A stretch of 64,000 bases of DNA from Antedon mediterranea (lineage: Eukaryota > Animalia > Echinodermata), in the NCBI RefSeq assembly GCF_964355755.1, contig NC_092674.1, forward strand, positions 6,200,001 through 6,264,000, given 5' to 3'. The notes under the pieces were generated by a model. That model had not been told where the DNA came from. It did no database searches and saw only the letters and a program-made list of their open reading frames with translations. Positions 43,901-55,666 of this stretch are shown piece by piece. Position 1 is the stretch's first letter. Each line of letters begins with the position of its first letter. Position numbers and translations under genes: made by a program.

Positions 43901-45189
43901 GCTCTACTGGAAGTAGCGTAGATGAAGATGGTGACGAATTTCCAAAGTTTGATCAAAACACAAAATTGTTAACCAATAAAAGTCCAAAAATATCCACAAA
44001 GTTTGATGGATTTTTATCAAACGCAAGCAAATGTGAAAAACTAAGTAGTGATATTAAAAGAGAAGAAAACTTTGGTAACAAACTATCTAGTGCAATTCAA
44101 GAACTTTTTGTGAAAAAAATAGCTAGCGTTTCAAATGAGATAAAGACTGTGAGTAATGGAGACGCGAGTAAAGGACTCAGTCGACATAGTTCTGAGAAAT
44201 ACATGAGAGATAAAAATAGATACAAAATAGCTCTTTTAACGAGAAGTCAAAGTGAAGACAGTAAAGAATCTTCAAATAATGTAAAAAATGAATCTCTTCT
44301 GGATTTTTCTACAATCTGGAAAAGTAAATCTCCGCAAGTTAATCCTAAGAACCAAAGCCAAATGAGGTCAGCAGGCCTCAATGATTTTAATGCAACCAAA
44401 ATACCTAAACATCTTGAAGACAGTGGATTCTCAGAGTCACCTTGCAGAGTTTGTATTCGAGTTGGTAATTGCGTCATAACCTCTGATGATTACACTCTTT
44501 GTAAAACATGTCCCTCTCTTATTAACGGTGCTTCCAATACCAAAAGTAGTCCATATAAATTGTATTCTGATTTCAGTTCATGGAATGGAATTAGTAAATC
44601 TGCTGACAGAAGATTAGGTTTATCTGAAAAATCAGCAAAAGCTGCTCTACAATGTATGTCAGTCGACATTGGAATGTGTCTTTCGCATAAAAGAGCAAGT
44701 CCAGTTAAACAAGAAATCAACAATTCATCTAAAAGTCAAGTTTGCCGTAAAGCAACACATCTGAAAAAGTCTCTCTTAAAAGATGTTGAGTCTCCTATGG
44801 AATCCAGATCATCATCCGAGGAGAGTTTGTCTTCGATACCTGTTGAGCTCGTTAAACGTATCAGTCCAAGAGTTCGGCGTAACCACTCCGATAGTAGCTT
44901 TGAGAAAACTCAACACATTCAGTATAGTCCCCAATTACCAAAAAGAATTGTCAACAACATGCGACGCTGTCGTTCCAGCGACGCCGCCGCGTTGCAAGAG
45001 TGCAAAGAAGAGTCTGTCTTCGAACCAGAAGATCCCTCTACCTGTCTGCGGTACTATCATGTCTTCAAAGAAGGAGAACTGGCAAATCTTATAGAAGAAC
45101 ACGTCAAAAACTTACATGTCATTGAAAATTATTATGACCATGCCAATTGGTGTGTTATCGCAGAAAAGGTGAATGTCTGGACAATATAG
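34914..45189 (+). CDS. TRMT9B: Probable tRNA methyltransferase 9B (KIAA1456-like, Trm9 family)
   Basis: Exons 34914-35073, 41664-41959, 42807-42867, 43556-45189: LEKKHVHDVYDKIAPHFSDTRYKAWPKV...IADVGCGNGKYL...[36 protein letters not shown]...VWALEQ...FDAQDVLVPW, long low-complexity insert, C-terminal RYYHVFKEGEL...YYDHANWCVIAEK; no AlkB/RRM exons seen, so TRMT9B rather than ALKBH8. Confidence 0.9.
39028..39170. mobile_element. MITE family A copy, full length
   Basis: GGCTCTGTCTACACCATCAAAC...TTGATAGTGTAGATATAGCT flanked by TAA/TTA. Confidence 0.8.
41128..41597. repeat. 21-bp GC-rich minisatellite, ~22 copies
   Basis: GGACGTCCCAACCAGCAGTGA unit with GAT variants and two +4-nt variants. Confidence 0.97.
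41975..42126. mobile_element. Short hAT-like MITE
   Basis: TIR CAGT(T/G)GCGGATCCA...TGGATCCGCCACTG with 5-bp direct flank AATCT on both sides. Confidence 0.7.
42894..43492. mobile_element. Tc1/mariner-pogo-type MITE containing an internal 51-bp tandem array
   Basis: Ends CAGTAAAACCCTATTAAGGGGACAC...GGGATTCTACTG followed by TA; shorter relatives at ~18898-18985 and ~39960-40025. Confidence 0.65.
43208..43470. repeat. 51-bp minisatellite, ~5 copies
   Basis: TAGAGGTGTCCCCAGAATAGTGGATTCTTCTGAATATCAATGTCCCATTAA unit. Confidence 0.95.
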
Positions 45190-48100
45190 TTCAATTTTTT
45201 GTTATTCTTTCGAATGTTTTCTTCCAGATCTTCCGAAGTAGTAGTTCCTTTTCAAAAAAAAAAACAACAGATCTAAAAGATTAGTTATTTCTGGAGAAAC
45301 GTCTCTTCAATATCAGCAAAGATTTTAACATTTACAAAGAAGCCTATTTCTTCCGAAGTACAAAATAATATGTTTCTTTTTTTAAAAACTTCTTGCCGAA
45401 GATCTAGAAACCTCTTTTCAATATTAAGAAAGATTTCTTTTTACATTTACAAAAGCTTCACAAGAACTGTTTTTATTCTTTAAAAGCCTTTAAAGCATTT
45501 TTCATATCCAAAAATATCTACCTACTTCCATTAATAGATAAAACGGAAATAGATATCTAAATTTTAATAATGAAAAATCATCTAAAAATGTCTAAGTAGA
45601 AATAAGTATGAAATGTTTATAAATAGCTGCTTGCCGTACACCATTCAAATAGGTCTCGTAATTTTATTTTTTAACGCAGGATAAAGGTATCTAGTCTAGA
45701 TATTTTTATCTATGTTGCAACGTAAATTGCAATATTTTATTAACAATTCTTTTCTATTTTATCATAGTACGATATGTCTATATGCCGTTGCGTGTGTTGA
45801 TTGTTTTTTCTTTTTTTGTTATTTATAAACTCATTGTTTTGATGTTTTTAGCTTAAGTTGCAATATCTAAAATTATCACTAAATTCTTGTTCAGATATCG
45901 GACTTCAAATTGTAAGAAATCATGATTATGTTTCTGTTTATTTATATGGCCCAGGCTACAATGTTTCGTTGCATTATGGGAGTATGTTTCCATACGTGTT
46001 TAATCCCAAAAAAATGACTGGGGTAATCATGTTTAGCGCTTAGAGGTTTCACAACATTAGGCGGTAAGGTATGTAAATCCAGGATATTATTATCATTATA
46101 ACAAAATGGTATATATCATTAATACTGAGCACAGTCCCAAAAGTAATTTTATGATAAATACATTTTTTATGTGATTGACGAATTTTAAAAAGAAATTTGA
46201 ATTCAGGATTATATAATAATTTGTATTACGTGTTTATTTACGGATGTTTGTTGCCATTTTAATTGTTATGTAAATTGTTGAATGTGTTTGTTTCATAGAA
46301 TAAACAAAATCGCAAAACTGAGATGCAATAGTCTATTTTAAGTCATAATGCATTAATTGTACAAAAAAACGGTTTGTACAACAAATACGGTGACAATAGT
46401 ACGGAGGATTTTTATAGATTAGGACGTTTATTTAGGCTGCAGAAATCCTTATGAGAAATTAGATTTAATCCAATGATTATTAATGTGTGTTCACAATGTT
46501 CCTACGCTGTTTCTAGCTATAAAACAATTGCGTGACGTCATCATGACGTCAATCTTACCCTGAGGAATATGGATTTAAGATGAAATCATTTTTTTACAAT
46601 CTACTTACGATAGAATGTTGTTTTGGGAGTTGTTTTTCTTACTAGTTTATTTCGCGTTGCGGCGATTTTGTCGTTTTTCTTAAAGATTTTTTTAGTGCAT
46701 GTTTTGGGGATTTTTATGACGTAGTTGTGGAAGTTGTTTTTTATAGCATAATTGTGTGTATGACAACCGTTTTTGTGTACGTCATACATTGTGCGTGGCA
46801 GTCTTGACGCACGTCGTAATGAGGCTCATTTCTATTTGAAAACCGTCACGGTATTGCAGACTACTATGTCATTAATTAAAAACAATTAAAAAAATACCCA
46901 TATTTGTTCGTAAATTTAGTTACCTCATTGCCTTAGTTTACGTCCATTGTAATGCTTATGTATTGTTATAAATGTACTTTGTATCTAGGGAAACGAAACT
47001 TCCATAGATCCTGACGTATGACGTTATCTCACATGTTCTAATTAAATACAGCAATAATCATTAGGCCTACTATATAATTAGAGAGAGGAGCGAAGCTTTG
47101 ATAAAGAAAAACAAGATAACGCCCATCTGATTGCGTTTTTCCCATAAGGAGGCTATTATACTGGGACGTCACTAAATATTTGAACACGTGGTTTACATGG
47201 TTATAGAGGCGAGTGACGTGTACTATTGACGTGCCGGTATGATACGTCCTCCCTCTTAATATTAACTTTATCTCCAACACATTTTCTAAACGTTTATATC
47301 TTTTTTTTTTGATAAGCGCCGCCTATCCTGTTGTGTTTAGTTTTTATTAGTAGGCCTAACAACCTACGTCTTAAACATCCGGGTAACTCGTGGTACGAAA
47401 GAGTGACGAGTGTTACCATCATTCTGGTCTACTTTGAGAATAGTGTTCTAAACAATTTTCATGTCGCGCTATCAATTTAATTGATATAGTCATTATATAC
47501 GGTATGTATACATTTACGAAAGGTTGTATAAATACAATTAAAGAATATAATGATGGTATTATCCACGTTTGTCGCTTGCCTCCTCTGAGGACGAGTGAGG
47601 AGGATTTAACAAACTTCATTTTCAGTTTGTAAAATAGTTTTTGCTTTATTTACACACATTGTGCTTTTACCTTACTGTTTTGTTATATTTATGTCAGGCC
47701 TAGAGATAAGTATTTTTCTACGATGTTTTGTTGGCAGATTTTAACCCGATAGTATGAAATGTTTTCTGTATTTTTGTACATTATGATGGCGACAGCACCG
47801 TATATTTACGTTTTTGTCGTTTGTTTAAATAATTATAAAGTGATCTAGGACCTAATAAAACAAATTGATGAATAAAAACAATGTTTCAGTTGTGTATATT
47901 GTCGATCTTAATCTTATATCATAGATTAACTGATAAAAAAAATTTCATTTCTATGACCTTCGATTACAAACTATGTACTGAGCAGTTGGGTGGGTTTTGT
48001 ATGAATTTAGTACAGTTACGGTAAAATAGACCTACATCTATTTTCCCAAGTAGAAGTAAATTTGCTCAATTCTTTATGATTTTCCTGGTCTAATATTCAC

Positions 48101-49971
48101 AGTAGGCCTACCCTAGAAAGTTATATCCGTTCCAATGCGCTTCCATCTTCACCAACATATATCCTCCCCCCCCCCACCTCCCTCCCCTCCCACCTTCACC
48201 CCAAACGATTGTGCCAGATAGGCCTACTATAAATCGTAGCTTTTTCCAATTTGAAGGTGATTGCAGCCGGGTCCATAGTACATTATGTCCTGTATCAGTA
48301 TCAGCGTGCAGGGAAGTGACTATTGATCCGGAAACTGACTGCTTAGCTGACTGATAGCATTGTCAACGTCTTCCTATTGTTTCTGGTGTTTATAGTCATT
48401 AAAATAATATATTTCGCTTTCGGTCGAATTAAGCGCGACGTGTTTCACATGATTGAGAAGACTTTCATTTAAAGGGATCGCAAATTTTCTTTTTACTTTA
48501 AAGAGAAATGTGGTTTTTTTTTTCTACGTAGCATAAGCCTACCAATTTGGTGCGGAAAATAAGACTGCGTCGATCCAAAACGGTTTGTATGTATGTTAAC
48601 TACACCCTGGAGTCACCCTTTAAGGTACAATCCACTTGTGGAATATAACTACAAACGTAAGCATTTTGTTTTAATACAGCTAATAAATCTTATCATTACT
48701 ATAGTAATAAGTACACAATAAGGCCTTATTTTCTATGATTATTGCGGTTCTGTAGGTCTTGTGCTTTACGGAACTATCGATTTTTAGACAGATTACTTAT
48801 TGTAGACAAGTTTCATTTAAATAATATATTTCCTCGTAGCTTGCAGAAGAACATATGCCTATGCAATTCTTGTTAATGGTTCCTGTTAAATGTTCATCAC
48901 CTCCACAACCCGGAAGATAGTCACTTGACAGAAACGAGTCACCAATGATTTTTAAAAAGTTCGCAAACTTGGCAAAAACGTACAGTTAATATCAAATAAA
49001 ATCGCTCGGATCATTGGGAATTTGAAGAGGTAGGTACAGTAGTCCCTGATGTATTGTACTTTACGTCCATTTCAGAAAAAAGAGCCAAACTTCGTTAGCA
49101 ACCAAAATTAAAAGTTAGCTCTTTACAGGTTTTTAGCAACTGGACCTCATATGGCACATTCAGTTTTGAGTACCGTGTTTCAAAGGCCTCAATCTGCCAT
49201 ATAATCGTTGATAGGTAGTGATAGTAGGCCTAATTAGTATCACTCTAGTATTAATGTTCTGTTTTGATACTTTTTAGGCCAGGCTGGTTCAATTAATTAA
49301 GAACATTCTATTTAATGTTACTACTACAACTTACAGACAGATTTGAAATATCACGAGTCTTACACAATTTCAGCACATAATATAATATACGATAGTTGCC
49401 TGTTAGGCCTACTCTGAAGTGCTGCATACGCATTTTGTGCATCCAAAATTGAACGATGGGCTACATTGCATAATTCATGGTATTATTATATTAAAGAAAT
49501 AAATACGACTTTCAGTGTCAATTACCTAATGAATAATACTTAATATCAAGTTGTCTTTTTATTCGACAATTGCATGCATCGAAAAGTTTCGTATACCACC
49601 ATTCAACACACCATTAGCAAGGTTGCAGACTCCTACCGTTGGGACAGACTCCCTAAAGATGCCAAAAAACAGCCTACCCTTACTTCTTAAGGAACTCACT
49701 GTTATTTTCTTAAATGTTGATAAACCGCGTTTGTGTCCCTATGACCAGTTCAAATTGTACAAGCTTGTGGCGCCAAAAAAAGGACGTAAAAACAGTAGGT
49801 CTACTTTGCATAGGCCTATAATTTTAAATCGAAAATTCGCAAAACAATCAAATTGTTTTTAAATGGTCCTACTGACTGCCACATGTTTTTTTCTTTCTTC
49901 GCTACAATGTCCTGTTTCTGTCTGATCATTGAACAATATTGCTTCCTACAGGAAAACGTGACTTTTGAAGA

Positions 49972-52900
49972 ATGGTTTTATTGAAACTGTTGACGATTAT
50001 CAGTTGTTTGGTATGCTATATCAGTGGACAAGGTAAAGTAGAAAAAAATTCATCATAATAATCATTCATTTTTTGGCGCATTTCTAAGAGTTGTTAATAG
50101 TGCCTGCCGGTGGTTAGTATTTTCACAAAGACGCACAAGATTTTCTATTTTTTTTAAATTTTGTTTGTTTTCCTTCAACACAATCATTATAATAGTCACT
50201 GATGCTGCTTTTCTCATCAACAGTCGCGTTAAAACTGGTTTACTCTTTTATTTCGACAAGCATCGCGTTAAAACAAAACAAAAAAATCTTTTTACTACTC
50301 AAAAAGTATTTAATTACAACATGACTAGAGGAGTCAACTATTCTGTAACAACAAAACAGAAGATCTAAAAGTCAAGTTCAGTTTTATTGTTTCACACAAT
50401 AAAATAAACAGAATATACAGAACATTTGATAAATTTGTCCTATAAATACAAAAACTTAAAATACTCTTATTGATTATAATTAAATATTATTAAACAAAGC
50501 CTTGAATTATTTCGACTTGCTTGTTCCACGGTGGCGCTGTTCAGTCGATAATAAGTATCATCCCAAAAACAAACTTGCTCAAGTTTAAGCTTGGTTCCTA
50601 AAGCTCTATCTACACTATCAAACTTTATGTGACAAAATGTGATGTGCCCAAATATGGTAGTGATATGACGTCATTGTGTCCTATTATGGGCTCATCACAT
50701 TGTTCACATACAGTTTGATAGTGTAGACAGAGCTTAACTATGGACGCAGCGCAAGGACGCAAGCGCACCGCATATAATTTGACCAATCCCGGAGTGAGAT
50801 AATCCGAACTGTCGCTTTGCGTGACGTTGTCGAGTTGTTACGTTGCATGCAAAGCTAATATAAAAACACAGTAGGTGAATTAAAATAGTTTATGATTACA
50901 CTTTCTATGCGTCTATCGTATTAATAGATACATTGTTTATAAAATATTACAGAATACAAATGTAGATATCTGTATGGTACCAACTGTTCCGTTGTTGAAG
51001 CCTACACCTCTAGAGAATATGTCGGTGGTAAGTATTGTATTAAAATGAAATAGATATAATTCGGGAAAAGGGTGTGTCACTCACCTATTTAAAGTTTATT
51101 GCATCCCCTGAAGAAAAAAAATTGTTTTATCTTTTTCATGTTTTGGAGAGATCTTTTAAAATGTAAGGGCGGGTTAAATCATGTTATTTTATTGTAGTAG
51201 TGGGTCCTATGTTTAATATGGACAACGACACAATGGGCCTAAATGGATACATTTTTCGATATGTATAGGCCTACTATATTGTTACAGAAAGAGTTGATAT
51301 CGAATAATTAAAAAATGCCGATAATTAATGGTAGCGCATACTAACAAATAATAGGATGTAGTCTTTATTTAAATGTTTGTTTAAAATCCATTGTCTTATT
51401 TGTATTGTATAACATGTTATAATATGTATATCTGACATACACTAGACTTGTCCTAAGTCTGTATTTATTGTCTGTTTTATGTTAGTCCACCAGTCGACGA
51501 ATCGATTTGTCTGAAAATAGAACCTTAAGTAGTATACGTATGAAACGCCATATGTGCCAAAATATTTATCTTTTCACTAATATTAAGCCAAAACTCCGTC
51601 TGGAACCCAGACTAGACATACACTAGCAGTAACAGATAATCGAAATAATCATATCATTTTAGGTGTAATGCAATATGATTGTAAGCCTACTCTACCAAGC
51701 TGTAGCAGTATTTCTGAGTGTAGAAGGATTTTACTAACATTCACGAGCAGTCCTTTGGAATTTGAAACAACTTTATTTATTACGATCGGACTGTATACAT
51801 TGAAATTCAATAACGAATCACAAGAATTTCATCAAGAATATATTGATATAAGCCCAGATGAAAATACTGAATATATTGTAAGTCAGTTCACAGCCAGTGA
51901 TGCGTGTTAGGACCATGGGTAGAATTAATGGAATGGTGTACTGTGAGCTTATGCGCATGCGCCCATAAGTATTTGCATAAACTATCATCTATACCACCTG
52001 AAAAGAAAGATTACTGTTTCATACATGCAGAAATTAAATATTCATTATATTGTGTATCACACGCGTGATTTTCGACTAGGCCAATTTGTTCGCGCGAGTG
52101 GAAAGCCTCAGCTTATACGCATGCGTAGAAAGGGATTTCGAAGATGGAAACAATAGTGGATGCGTTAACTATAGATAACTTACTTTTTTGTGTAGTATTA
52201 TTTAATATAATTATTACATTAATTGTAGATCGAATTTGGATGTCAAACCAATCGTAGAGAACATGTAAGTGTCTCTTTATACGATTTACAAATCGAATGC
52301 GTGGACGGTGAATGTGAGACGAGCAAGGCTTCTTACGTCTCCATTCCCATTATACTGATAGGCCTGGTTGTTGTAGCAGTTGTGTTGATAAAAAGACGAC
52401 AAAAAAGGTTGGTTATGTAAAAGTTAGCCATAATGGCATTATAATATACATTGTCTTATGGTCATTATTTATGTTATATTATCAGAATATTCATAGTTCA
52501 TATAGGATTCTAGTAAACATACCGGCAACTATCCATAAGTAGCCATTAACATCTGTCCTCTACATTATCAAACTAGTTTAACAAAAAAAAAGAGAAAAAA
52601 GTGTGGTGTGTCCAAATAAGACAGTGATATACCCAAATATGGTAGTGAAATGACATCATCATATCCATATAGGGGCATATCCCATTTTTCACATAAAGTT
52701 TGTTAGTGCAGACAGAGCTTTAGTTATGATCTTGCCTTCATTTTGACGGTTTAACTGGGATTACCAAAATCTGTGAAATTTCAAGTAGCCTCAAGTATCA
52801 AGTATCAAGTATCAAGTATAATCTTTATTCGTTCCCACAAGGAGAAAATTTACATTGCTCGTCTTCAAATACATCATACTTACAATATATAAAATAACAT

Positions 52901-54132
52901 GACAATACAACAATACCAATATTAAAAACTCACAACAAGAACATATTATTACATATTATTTCATGGTGCTCATCTGGATGAATTTCGCTGATGTCTCCTG
53001 ATACCTGTGGGCAGAAAGGAGAAAAGATATCGGTTTGTGTCAGCAGCCGCGGATCGCAATCTTCCACTACGAGCACTCCTGAGACTGCCTAAATCGGAAT
53101 TCACAGGATGACTTTCATCCCTCAACACCATCCCAAAAAGCCTGTCCAGGTTCTCGCAATAAACTGAATCCACCGACTGCTGACACAAACCAGACATCCT
53201 CTCAACCTTTCTTACCACACAATCAATTCTACCCTTATCTCCCTCTGTAACATTTCCACCCCACCCTGCAATACAATATTTCCAAACCCCAACAATAATA
53301 GACTGATAGAATGTAATCAAAATATTATTATTTACACTGAACTTGTTTAGTTGTCACAAATAATTATTTTGTTCGTTGTTGTAGAATCAAAGAAGAAGCC
53401 AAAAAGCAATTTGATAGAGAAAATCCAGATTACCAGAGTTTGCAAAAGAACAGAGGTTCCCAGAAATACCAGTTGCCATCGATGTGGAGAAACCGAAATA
53501 AAAGAACCGCAAGCTCCGCTTCTGATCGAGTGTATGAAGTATGCGGCAAAGTTGTTGGACAACCAGCAAAGCAAGATAAGTCATCATCAAACGGTGATTA
53601 TGATTATGATTACGCGTATGCACGCACAAACGCGGCACGCAAAGGCTTTGAAGATTCCGGTGGATATTTAAAACCGAACGCAGACGACCTAGATGAAGAC
53701 GCGTACTTAAAGCCAAGTCCGTCGTCGACAAAGAAAACGACAGGAATAAATGGTAGCAGTGTTGTTCAAAAAGGCTATTTAAAGCCGTCCCAAAGCAACT
53801 CATTGTCGCAAAATGACAGCGACGACAATTCGTCGTCGGACTACGAGTATGTTGAACCCGATAGCGATGTAATAAAACATTCTACGAATAAGACGTCTTC
53901 AAAAGATGAAAATCGTAAAAGCGCTGGTCCACAAAACAAACCAGTCATTCCAAAGAAACCTGCAGTACAAGTAAAGACTTCGAATACAATACGATCTGCC
54001 GAATCATCACCGATTGTAAAACGACCGCAACCGAGTCCCCGGACTCGCAAACGGGAAAGTGATTCGACTCAAAATGACTATTTGTCAATAGTAGAACCAG
54101 ATTTACCGAACCAAAAGTCAATAAAAACATAA
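49972..54132 (+). CDS. Uncharacterised type I single-pass membrane protein (~425 aa): signal peptide, 8-Cys ectodomain, TM helix, tyrosine-motif-rich cytoplasmic tail
   Basis: Phase-compatible GT-AG exons 49972-50032 (MVLLKLLTIISCLVCYISGQ), 50953-51027, 51663-51877, 52229-52407 (TM VSIPIILIGLVVVAVVLI followed by KRRQK), 53385-54132; total 1278 nt, open throughout. Confidence 0.8.
50602..50734. mobile_element. MITE family A copy nested inside a family B MITE
   Basis: Both TIRs; TAA target duplication at 50599-50601 and 50735-50737; flanks AGCTTGGTTCC and CTATGGACGCAGCGCAAGGACG are family B sequence. Confidence 0.85.
52552..52720. mobile_element. MITE family A copy, degenerate
   Basis: TCTGTCCTCTACATTATCAAACTAG...GTGCAGACAGAGCT. 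Confidence 0.75.
52790..53325 (-). mobile_element. 3' fragment of a Rex1/Babar-like LINE in intron of the orphan receptor gene
   Basis: ORF 52970-53320 (FYQSII...CIAGWGGN...DESHPV...SGRLRS...TNRYLFSFLPTGIR) resembles LINE ORF2 C-terminus; 3' end AATAAA followed by (TACTTGA)n tail. Confidence 0.75.
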
Positions 54133-55666
54133 CACGTAGCCGGCCTAATTGGCTAATAAAGTTTTCCATAAAGGAAGACACGTTGCTAGTATTCTTTATA
54201 TCCACGTTTTGCTTCATTGTATTTAAAAGTATACGGCTTAAAAGTTTTCACAAAACAAGTCACGGAATAAACACCAATTGACTTTACTCTGTTCCTGGTG
54301 GTGTAGTTATACTGTTTATTTATCTTTTAATATGTCGTATTTTGTAGAGTTCTATTCATTTATTCGCAAGGAAAATGATTGCTCATTCTTTAACTACTGT
54401 TTAATATCGCGTGTATACTGTTTTAGGGAGGATAAGGGGGCGTGCAAAGGAGGAGGCTTAGTACAATCAAGGCAACACAATGCTGAACTTCAACGATCAC
54501 AGACACATAGTACAGTGCTGTTGGTATTTGTCGCAACCAGACATAAGATCAAAGGACTGTTATGACTTCCTATATGGACAATGGGACTCACTGTTAGATT
54601 GCCTTGGTACAATGAGCCTACTTCTACGAACGGGACTTTTACATTTTATCTTTTTGCTGTTAGTGTTCATTGTGTGTATAAAATTAACAATAGGGTTTTG
54701 GTTTTTTTTAAATTGGTCAATTATCAATTATGTAATAAAATTTATGTTAAAACAGTGTTAGGTTGCCTGAAATTATAAGTACCTTCTAAAGTGCACACTC
54801 ATTATATTTTAAAGGAAATTATCAGATCATCCTTTTCTTAAATTTTGGATGATTGTAACCATTATGGAGAAAATTAATACCAGAAGTTAAATAAAAACCA
54901 TGTAGGCCTAAAGTTACAATATTTCAATTTTCAATATTTGTTTTGTATTTAATTTACTTAATTATTTAAATAAATGTTTTTACAGTATAGTAAGTGTATA
55001 CATATATATTAATAGAGTTTTTGTGTCACTTAATAAACCGATATGCGGAACTATACGAAAAAAGTTATATTTAGGAAGAAGGTCGGCTATCTTTCACTCA
55101 AGAAGTTCTCAACTCATGTACGAAAAAAACGATCACATACTGCCCCCCACCCCCCGTAACCTAAACAGCTAAGCCAATCAAAATATTTAAGAGTCTAAGC
55201 CAATCAAATTGTTTGAGAGTGCTAATTTAAATATGAAGGGGAGAACATTCCCATTTGTTTGCTGCGGACATGAACAAGTGTTTTGTCTTGTCGAAGGAAA
55301 AAGAAGAAAATATAGTGACGTCAGTAAGCTCAAATAAGTTATGTAAAATATGGTTTCATCGTATTTTACATGACAAGATGCATACTTTATATTATATGTA
55401 ATGTATTCAGAATGGAACGGTCTTTGGTCAGTATGGCTAAAAGTAGTCGTAGGATAGTCTGTCTTGTAACACAGCATGCCGACATACATACGGTATGCTT
55501 CACTAGAGTTAAAGCATAACCTTTACCGATTCCTTTCTGGGATAATACATTTTGTTTCATCGTAGCTTTGGAGCATCGGTTAATCATCAAACATAGTAAG
55601 AACTAATAATACTAACACACAATATCACACGCGTCGATATTCAACGTAATATTTATTTCCATATTC

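Noticed and set aside
34914-45189. ALKBH8 as the identity of the methyltransferase
   Set aside because: No RRM or AlkB dioxygenase exons seen upstream; ATG directly precedes the MTase domain as in TRMT9B
53347-54217. Antisense and off-frame ORFs over the receptor's last exon
   Set aside because: Only the 53440-54132 frame joins the upstream TM exon
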